Source of the DNA: a virus
Lineage: Duplodnaviria > Caudoviricetes
IMG/VR virus record: IMGVR_UViG_3300026085_000093
Coordinates: 1-64,000 of that record
DNA: 64,000 nucleotides
Direction: 5' to 3' (one strand)
A program made the position numbers and the translations under genes. Of the stretch, positions 57,503 through 64,000 are shown one piece after another. Numbering within the stretch: position 1 is the first letter of the stretch; each line of letters opens with the position of its first letter. A model generated the notes under the pieces. It was given only the letters and a program-made list of their open reading frames with translations, did not search any database and was not told the origin of the DNA.

Positions 57503-57898
57503 ATGAAATGGAAAGAAGCATATACAAAGATATTTTTAAAACAACTAGGGGAAGTAGACTCTTCTAGTAATGTAAAAATACATTTGCCTATATGGTGGAA
57601 AAATACTAGAGAAAAAGACGAAGGCGGACTACGTCTAACCGACGAAGGATGGAATGCCATACAAAGTATTGAACTAGCAAACTATGAGATACCTTTTCCA
57701 TTAGACATGCCTCTTACAACACAAATTATAATTTGGTTGGACCATTTTATAGATTGCCCGTATTATCTTACATCAAGAGCAGTGTACGTAACAAATGAAA
57801 AAAAGGCAGTCGAACTTACTCTTTTTTCAGGCGATATTAGAAAATATGGTTTAGCAAAAGCTTTAAAAAGATCAGAAAAAATAGAAAATAATGGTTGA
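57503..57898 (+). CDS. Hypothetical protein, probably leaderless
   Basis: TAAATA-N4-ATG. Confidence 0.6.
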   Translation: MKWKEAYTKIFLKQLGEVDSSSNVKIHLPIWWKNTREKDEGGLRLTDEGWNAIQSIELANYEIPFPLDMPLTTQIIIWLDHFIDCPYYLTSRAVYVTNEKKAVELTLFSGDIRKYGLAKALKRSEKIENNG

Positions 57899-57943
57899 CA
57901 CTTTCTTGTTTGGTGCTATATTAGTTGTATAGGCACTGATAAA
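57895..57943 (+). promoter_or_regulatory. Early promoter plus TAGGCACTGATAAA box
   Basis: TTGACA-N16-TATATT; 14-nt box at 57930-57943. Confidence 0.7.
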
Positions 57944-57962
57944 AATTGAAAGGAATACACAG

Positions 57963-59051
57963 ATGAGTGTTGCAGAGATCGCACGTACTGTAAGCCCTAA
58001 CAAGGCTAAATCACGAATTCAGCGAGCAATCGCTAAAAAACGTCCAATTTTCCTGTGGGGGCCTCCGGGTATTGGAAAATCAGAAATTGTTGAACAGATT
58101 CAAACTTCAACACCTAATTCATATCTCATTGACGTTCGTTTGTCACTTTGGGAACCTACAGACATTAAAGGTATGCCCTACTATGCTGCAAATGACAACA
58201 CAATGAAATGGGCACCTCCTGTAGAACTGCCAAGCGAAGAATTTGCTAAACAGTTCTCGAGAATCTATTTGTTCTTAGATGAGTTGAATTCGGCAGCGCC
58301 TGCTGTACAGGCAGCGGCTTATCAACTTATTCTTAACCGTAAGGTTGGTACATATGTACTACCTGACAATGTAGTAATCATTGCGGCTGGCAACCGTGAA
58401 GCAGACAAAGGTGTTACTTATCGAATGCCTGCTCCGCTTGCTAACCGTTTTGTACACTTAGAATTAGCCGTTGATTTCAATGACTGGTTTGAGTGGGCTG
58501 TCGCTAACAAGATACACAAAGATGTGGTTGGTTATCTTCAGTTTGCAAAAAAAGATTTGTTTGACTTTGATCCTCGTAGTCCAAGTCGTTCGTTCGCAAC
58601 ACCACGAACATGGACGTTTGTGAGCGAATTGCTCGACGATGAAGATGATCAAGAAGTTATTACAGATCTTGTAGCGGGTTCGGTTGGCGAAGGACTTGCT
58701 GTTAAGTTTATGGCACACCGCAAAGTTGCATCAAGTATGCCAAATCCGACTGACATCTTAGATGGTAAAGTAAAAGAGTTGAACACAAAAGAAATCAGTG
58801 CCATGTATTCCTTGACTGTTTCACTTTGTTACGAACTTCAAGATGCAGATGCAAAAAATGACAAAAAGTTTGATGCTAAGGTTAATAACTTTTTGCGTTT
58901 TGCAATGGATAATTTCGATACGGAATTGGTTGTTATGGGTATTAAACTTGCTCTTACTCAATACAGTCTTCCAATCGATCCAGACGCTGTTGAATGTTTT
59001 GATGAGTTCCACGATCGTTATGGAAAGTATATCAAAGCAGCACAACAGTAG
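57963..59051 (+). CDS. MoxR-like AAA+ ATPase
   Basis: GPPGIGKS, FLDELN, AAGN and ANRF. Confidence 0.88.
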   Translation: MSVAEIARTVSPNKAKSRIQRAIAKKRPIFLWGPPGIGKSEIVEQIQTSTPNSYLIDVRLSLWEPTDIKGMPYYAANDNTMKWAPPVELPSEEFAKQFSRIYLFLDELNSAAPAVQAAAYQLILNRKVGTYVLPDNVVIIAAGNREADKGVTYRMPAPLANRFVHLELAVDFNDWFEWAVANKIHKDVVGYLQFAKKDLFDFDPRSPSRSFATPRTWTFVSELLDDEDDQEVITDLVAGSVGEGLAVKFMAHRKVASSMPNPTDILDGKVKELNTKEISAMYSLTVSLCYELQDADAKNDKKFDAKVNNFLRFAMDNFDTELVVMGIKLALTQYSLPIDPDAVECFDEFHDRYGKYIKAAQQ

Positions 59052-59064
59052 ATGTGTCATAGGC

Positions 59065-59099
59065 GGGCAGGGTGTAAACTCTGCCCATTTTTCTTTTTT
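59065..59099 (+). terminator. Rho-independent terminator
   Basis: GGGCAGGGT-GTAA-ACTCTGCCC 9-bp stem with a GNRA loop, followed by a U-tract. Confidence 0.8.
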
Positions 59100-59104
59100 A
59101 ATGG

Positions 59105-59151
59105 TTGACAAAAAACGTAAATATGTTATATTAATGTTAGGCACTGATAAA
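59105..59151 (+). promoter_or_regulatory. Early promoter plus a second TAGGCACTGATAAA box
   Basis: TTGACA-N16-TATATT; identical box at 59138-59151. Confidence 0.7.
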
Positions 59152-59161
59152 GAGGTATAAT

Positions 59162-60490
59162 ATGTCTTATCCATTTGGTAGTAAAAGTTTTAAAGTTGCA
59201 ATGCAAATGTCTACAGACAAGACTGCAAGTAAACTTAAAAACTGGCAACCTGATCCGGACATAACAGAAGGCGCTCTTTCTGTTATGCGTGAAGAAGTAT
59301 TAGATCGCATTATTGTTGCAAGAGTAGGATTATTGCTAAGACATCCGTTTTTTGGTAATATGGCAACACGTCTTAAAATTGTTGCTGCTGACGACTGGAT
59401 TCCGACTGCGGCTGTAGATGGGCGTAACTTATATTTTAATACTCAATTCTTTAATGCAATGGATAATAAAGAAATTGAGTTTGTAATTGCACACGAAATC
59501 CTACACTGTGTATTTGATCACTTAGGTCGTAGAGATGATCGTCATCCTATGCTTTATAATATTTCAGCAGATTATATTGTTAACAATTTACTTGTTCGCG
59601 ATCGTATTGGTAATAAACCCAGCATTGTTGATTGTTTTCAAGACTTTAAATACGAAGGTTGGACTTCAGAAGAAGTATACGATGATTTGTTTCCAGAGTT
59701 TGAAAAACAAGGCCAAAAATTCCTAAAACAGTTAGGTGAGATGCTAGACGAACACCTTGATTTAGAAGGCGAAGACGGTGACGAGGACGGCGAAGGCAAA
59801 GGTAAAGCACCTAAGTATTCAAAAGAAGAAATGAAACAAATTCGCGACGAAATCAAAGAAAGTATGATTTCGGCAGCAAACGCCGCTGGTGCAGGTAACA
59901 CTCCAGGCGAGATTACAAGAATTATTAAAGATCTTACTGAACCTAAAATGAACTGGGGCGAAATTATTCGTCAACAAATTCAAAGTACAGTAAAAAATGA
60001 TTTTACATTTATGCGTCCTTCACGCAAAGGCTGGCACACTGGTGTTATTTTGCCAGGTATGAACTTCCAAGAAACTATTGATGTTTGTATTGGTGTTGAC
60101 ATGTCGGGTTCTATTGGAAACGAACAAGCAAACATTTTTCTAAGCGAAGTACAAGGTATTATGGACCAATTCAAAGACTACAATATTAAATTGTGGTGTT
60201 TTGATACTAAAGTATATAACGAACAAGATTTTAGTGCCGATTGCGGCGAAAGGCTCACTGACTACGAAGTCATGGGTGGCGGTGGCACTGATTTCGATGC
60301 TAACTGGACCTACATGAAAGAAAACGATATTACGCCTAAAAAGTTTATTATGTTTACAGATGGCTATCCTTGGGGTAGCTGGGGCGATCCAGATTACTGT
60401 GATACTATTTTTATTATCCATGGGCATCATGATAAAGGACTAGAAGCACCATTTGGTCTTACTGCACACTACGAAGAGTTACATGGATAA
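59162..60490 (+). CDS. Metallopeptidase-vWA protein (DUF2201-like)
   Basis: HEILH zincin motif, acidic linker, MIDAS DMSGS and GGGT. Confidence 0.85.
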   Translation: MSYPFGSKSFKVAMQMSTDKTASKLKNWQPDPDITEGALSVMREEVLDRIIVARVGLLLRHPFFGNMATRLKIVAADDWIPTAAVDGRNLYFNTQFFNAMDNKEIEFVIAHEILHCVFDHLGRRDDRHPMLYNISADYIVNNLLVRDRIGNKPSIVDCFQDFKYEGWTSEEVYDDLFPEFEKQGQKFLKQLGEMLDEHLDLEGEDGDEDGEGKGKAPKYSKEEMKQIRDEIKESMISAANAAGAGNTPGEITRIIKDLTEPKMNWGEIIRQQIQSTVKNDFTFMRPSRKGWHTGVILPGMNFQETIDVCIGVDMSGSIGNEQANIFLSEVQGIMDQFKDYNIKLWCFDTKVYNEQDFSADCGERLTDYEVMGGGGTDFDANWTYMKENDITPKKFIMFTDGYPWGSWGDPDYCDTIFIIHGHHDKGLEAPFGLTAHYEELHG

Positions 60491-60764
60491 AATTAAAATT
60501 AACCCTTTAAACGTTTTTGATATTAGACGGGTGGATTTTTGTCCACCCTATTGGGAATCTATGATTATTCCTCAAAAGTATAATATCCAAAAGGCACTAG
60601 AAGAGTGGGTGCATACTAATCTTAAAGGAAGATACTATATTAATAAAGAAGTTGTATATGAAGAAGAACAACCGTTATCAAGTAAAGTAAAAATTGCATT
60701 TGAAGAATCAAAAGAACTTAGTTATTTTGCTCTTGCTTGTCCACTTTTAAAATATAGAAACTAG
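60483..60764 (+). CDS. Hypothetical protein
   Basis: 93 aa. Confidence 0.55.
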   Translation: MDKIKINPLNVFDIRRVDFCPPYWESMIIPQKYNIQKALEEWVHTNLKGRYYINKEVVYEEEQPLSSKVKIAFEESKELSYFALACPLLKYRN

Positions 60765-60800
60765 ACATCAAATAATTACATTGTAAAGGAGATTTCGAAT

Positions 60801-61067
60801 ATGTCTGAACAAGAACAACAACAGCCAAATCCAATGGATCTTAACATTCAAGATTTAGCAGTTATGAAAGGTATCATTGATATTGCCAGCGAGCGCGGAT
60901 CATTTAAACCAGGTGAGATGGCTGCGGTAGGTACAGTGTACAATAAACTAGATGCGTTTTTAAAGAACGTAGAAGAACAACAGAAAGCAGCACAGGCTGC
61001 AAAAGAAGCCGCATCTGGTCCAGATGCGCCGAAACCAACAGAGGAAGTAGAAGAAGATGCCGCTTAA
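60801..61067 (+). CDS. Hypothetical protein
   Basis: AAGGAG RBS; low-complexity C-terminus. Confidence 0.6.
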   Translation: MSEQEQQQPNPMDLNIQDLAVMKGIIDIASERGSFKPGEMAAVGTVYNKLDAFLKNVEEQQKAAQAAKEAASGPDAPKPTEEVEEDAA

Positions 61068-61665
61068 ACACGTAGGAAGACTTGCTAGAAATAAAAAGTC
61101 TGTGGTTGTGGCTTATAGAACAATTCCAAATGATCCAGAAAATTGTTTAGTTGTTACAACCGAAACACTAATGTCAGACGAGCATGACGCATTAATGAGA
61201 CTTGTTGAATCACCAGCAGGTCAAAGTTCAAATGAACTTGCAGAAGCAATGGCGCGAGATACTCTACCAGATGGTAGAAACATGCTTGCAGCTTTTCATT
61301 CAACAGGAAAATTAAATAAATTTCCAACTAAAGAAGTTGAAATGGTGCCTGACAGATCAACAACAATTATGTTAAACGAACTTAACAAAATCATTGCTGA
61401 ACAAAAAGGTATTGCACTAGAAGATCTTGCAATTAAACCTGAAATTAGGTCAGCAAATCCAACTCAGGCACCAGAAAGTGCTTATATACAAGAACCAGTC
61501 GCTCAACCTACCGCTGCACCAGTAGATGGTGTGTTATCTGATGAAGATCTAGCAGCAAGTTATAGATCTCAAGCAGACAGGCTTTTTAAAGAGGCCAAAG
61601 CATTAAGAGAACAAGCAGAAGAACTTGTTCCTACTAAAAAGAAAAAAACAGTAAGCAGTGCCTAA
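61057..61665 (+). CDS. Hypothetical protein
   Basis: 202 aa. Confidence 0.6.
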   Translation: MPLKHVGRLARNKKSVVVAYRTIPNDPENCLVVTTETLMSDEHDALMRLVESPAGQSSNELAEAMARDTLPDGRNMLAAFHSTGKLNKFPTKEVEMVPDRSTTIMLNELNKIIAEQKGIALEDLAIKPEIRSANPTQAPESAYIQEPVAQPTAAPVDGVLSDEDLAASYRSQADRLFKEAKALREQAEELVPTKKKKTVSSA

Positions 61666-61975
61666 AAAATTAATTGATTACGAAGCAGATACGGAAACAC
61701 ATTGGGATGACATATTCGAATCCATTGAAATGGAAGTGCTTCCTATTGAATATCTAAGTAGAATTGTAATTAAATTTCATAGTGGCACCCAATGGGATAT
61801 AGATATCGACGATAGTAAGAAAAAACAAACTATTGATCAAATTGAAGAAACTTTAGACAATCTGTTTATGCAATACGAAGATGATATCGATCTTGTTGAT
61901 TTTAGACTAGATGTCAAACAGTTAAAGAACGATCTTGCTAAAAGAGTTCATAAATTCCTTAAACTAAATCGATAA
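61658..61975 (+). CDS. Hypothetical protein
   Basis: GTG start; 105 aa. Confidence 0.55.
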   Translation: MPKKLIDYEADTETHWDDIFESIEMEVLPIEYLSRIVIKFHSGTQWDIDIDDSKKKQTIDQIEETLDNLFMQYEDDIDLVDFRLDVKQLKNDLAKRVHKFLKLNR

Positions 61976-61982
61976 ACAAAAC

Positions 61983-62028
61983 CTCCTAAGGTGATAAATA
62001 CATACAAATACTATTATCACCTTAGGAG
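61983..62028 (+). promoter_or_regulatory. 15-bp perfect inverted repeat occluding the RBS, with an embedded late promoter
   Basis: CTCCTAAGGTGATAA / TTATCACCTTAGGAG; TAAATA at 61995-62000. Confidence 0.8.
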
Positions 62029-62036
62029 AACATAAA

Positions 62037-64000
62037 ATGACATTAAGACTTCGCCGCGGAACAAACCTTGAAAGGTTGGGCGTTACGTTTGCAGAAGGCG
62101 AACTAGTTTACACAACTGATACACAAGAAATTTACGTGGGCGATGGTAGCACACTAGGCGGTATCAGAGTTACAGGTAGTGTAAGCGGTTCCCCAGCAGT
62201 ACTAAGCCAAAATTTAGATCTTAATAACTTTGACATTGTAGGAACTGGTAACATAACAATTGCCGGTAGTATTATTCCTACTTCAGTAGCGGCTGCTTCA
62301 ACAATTAGCGCAACTGCAATGACTGCAAGTGGTTCGATCACAGCCGGATCATTTATAGGTGACGGTAGCGGACTAACAAACTTACCAATTTCCGGCGGTG
62401 GCGGCGGTGGTACAGGCATTCTTGAAGGCCAAACATATGATATTAGTATTACAGGTGATGTAATAGCAGATGATTCAACTATAATGGTTGACACGTTCTC
62501 TAAAACAGTAACAGCAAACTTTTTCGTAGGTGATGGTAGTCTTTTAACAAATCTTCCAAGCACTGGCGGTGGTGGTGGCGAAGGTGTTGTAGGTGGTGGT
62601 AACTATAACATTAATATCGTTGCTGATGATAGCACACTATTGTTAGATGCAACTAACCAAACGTTTTATGGTTTAGGATTAACAATTAGTGGAAATGGAA
62701 TCTTCACAGGTAACGTTGAATCTAGTCAATTCTTTGGTCCTTTAGATGGTGATGTAACAGGTAGTATTTTCTCTGACAGTAGTTTTGTTATGATTGACAG
62801 CATTGCCGGTAAAGTAAGAGCAGACACACAGTATGTCGGCTCAGGTATTATTACTTCACCATCTGGTAATATTGACGTAACAGCACCTAGCGGCGCTGTT
62901 AACATAAATGGTGTTAACTTTTTAAGTAACAAAGATGTTGTACCTCTTGTAAGCGGACAAGGTAAAATTGGTAGAGCAGGAACTAGATTTGAAGAAGTCA
63001 ACGCAATAACTGGTAACTTTGGTGCCATAACAGGCGATGCAAGTGGATTGTATAACTTTCCTCCTACTATTGGCATTGTTGACGGACAAACATACACTAT
63101 TGATGTACAAGGTAATCTAATCGGAGAAGATTCTACAATACTTGTTGACGCTGTAAGTAATCGACTTAATGGTAACGTGCAAGGTAATGTTATTGCAGAT
63201 GATTTATCAGTAATAGTAGATGCGTTAGACAAAAGAGTAACAGCAAACTTATTTATAGGTGGATTTGAATGCTCACCGACAGGAGTTTTCCAAGGTGATC
63301 TAATTGGTAATACATTCGGAGATTTATACGACGAATCATCTGTTAATTTAACAACAGTAGAACTATCAGAAATGCACTTTACTAGATGGTTGCCAAATGA
63401 TTTAACAGTTATATTTGAAAACAGATCTCAAACAACAGGTGACCAAGTTATCCAATTTAATTCTTTTGAAGGAAGAATGCAACTAGACCTCAAAAAGAAT
63501 AAAGCAGATGCAGGACTAGATGATGGAATTTTTGATATTAGAGGCGAAGTTAAATTTGGTGCATTATCAGACATAGACGGCGATATCAACAGTGCTAAAA
63601 TTACAGTTGGACACGATGCATTATTCATAGGCACTGCTAAAAACAACGATTTGACAATTGACGAAAAGTTTGTTATGTTTACAACAAACGATTCAGATCA
63701 AATTAAAGTAGGTATCGGTAAGACAGCAGTTAATGCAGAATTAGATGTAAACGGTTCAGGTATTTTTGAAGGTGATGTTACAGCAGCAGCATTTAAAGGT
63801 AGTTTAGTTGCTGATGATTCTACAATTATAGTGGATGCAGTAAACAACACAATCACATCAGGCGGTTACATACAGTTTGGTCAATATACAACAGCAAATA
63901 GAAATGCATTAGCAGCAGCAAACGGTATGGTTATTTACAACGAATCAGTAGACAGATTCCAAGGCTACCAAAACGGTGCTTGGATTAACTTAGACGATGG
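62037..64000 (+). CDS. Tail fibre-like protein, 3' end outside the window (absent from the ORF track)
   Basis: MTLRLRRGT...EGELVYTTDT...YVGDG N-terminus, repeated ADDSTxxVD and GDGSxLTNLP motifs, frame consistent to the window end. Confidence 0.75.
   Translation, partial: MTLRLRRGTNLERLGVTFAEGELVYTTDTQEIYVGDGSTLGGIRVTGSVSGSPAVLSQNLDLNNFDIVGTGNITIAGSIIPTSVAAASTISATAMTASGSITAGSFIGDGSGLTNLPISGGGGGGTGILEGQTYDISITGDVIADDSTIMVDTFSKTVTANFFVGDGSLLTNLPSTGGGGGEGVVGGGNYNINIVADDSTLLLDATNQTFYGLGLTISGNGIFTGNVESSQFFGPLDGDVTGSIFSDSSFVMIDSIAGKVRADTQYVGSGIITSPSGNIDVTAPSGAVNINGVNFLSNKDVVPLVSGQGKIGRAGTRFEEVNAITGNFGAITGDASGLYNFPPTIGIVDGQTYTIDVQGNLIGEDSTILVDAVSNRLNGNVQGNVIADDLSVIVDALDKRVTANLFIGGFECSPTGVFQGDLIGNTFGDLYDESSVNLTTVELSEMHFTRWLPNDLTVIFENRSQTTGDQVIQFNSFEGRMQLDLKKNKADAGLDDGIFDIRGEVKFGALSDIDGDINSAKITVGHDALFIGTAKNNDLTIDEKFVMFTTNDSDQIKVGIGKTAVNAELDVNGSGIFEGDVTAAAFKGSLVADDSTIIVDAVNNTITSGGYIQFGQYTTANRNALAAANGMVIYNESVDRFQGYQNGAWINLDD

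Noticed and set aside
58843-59160. 105-aa plus-strand ORF spanning the MoxR end
   Set aside because: It runs through a terminator and a promoter in an alternate frame, so it is most likely spurious.
36-63646. Numerous minus-strand and nested alternate-frame ORFs in the track (e.g. 1968-2291, 20791-21180, 36588-37019, 62132-63232)
   Set aside because: They are antisense shadows of well-supported plus-strand genes, with no RBS or family motifs. Only phoH is credible on the minus strand.
1-64000. CRISPR arrays, tRNA/rRNA genes, transposases, inteins/introns, stop-codon reassignment
   Set aside because: No spaced direct repeats or cloverleafs were noticed, core genes (PolB, ClpA, RFC) are of normal length and uninterrupted, and the standard code gives dense coding. 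This was a manual scan, so tRNAscan and CRISPR tools should confirm.

Overview
A 64-kb, AT-rich segment of a large T4-like (myovirus-type) dsDNA bacteriophage genome. The host is a Gram-negative bacterium, probably an alphaproteobacterium, judging from the FdxA, BI-1/YccA and GapR-like genes and the spanins. Every credible gene except phoH is on the + strand. From left to right the window holds: a subtilase fragment and baseplate genes; a truncated DnaE; GroES, nucleotide-pool enzymes, RFC clamp loader and ThyX; a lysis cassette (GH19 endolysin, spanins, amidase, lipase); a DnaJ/PDF/ClpA proteostasis block; a 6.6-kb cluster of probable capsid-internal proteins and polyproteins with T4-like targeting N-termini and Glu cleavage junctions; radical SAM genes; PolB and sliding clamp; a 7-deazaguanine DNA-modification locus (TGT/DpdA-like, DpdL-like T-fold, FolE, QueE, no QueC in the window) interleaved with a glycosyltransferase, a phosphoribosyltransferase and nucleotide-sugar enzymes; a nuclease/ParB-like/methyltransferase trio; RNase H; a MoxR-vWA/metallopeptidase pair; and a tail-fibre gene that runs off the end. 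Regulatory signals are readable by eye: TTGACA-N16/17-TAnnnT early promoters, TAAATA late promoters (four placed to give leaderless mRNAs), RBS-occluding hairpins and a T4 gene-43-like operator. No tRNA, rRNA, CRISPR array or transposase was seen. All functional calls come from motifs recognised by eye; no database searches were run.
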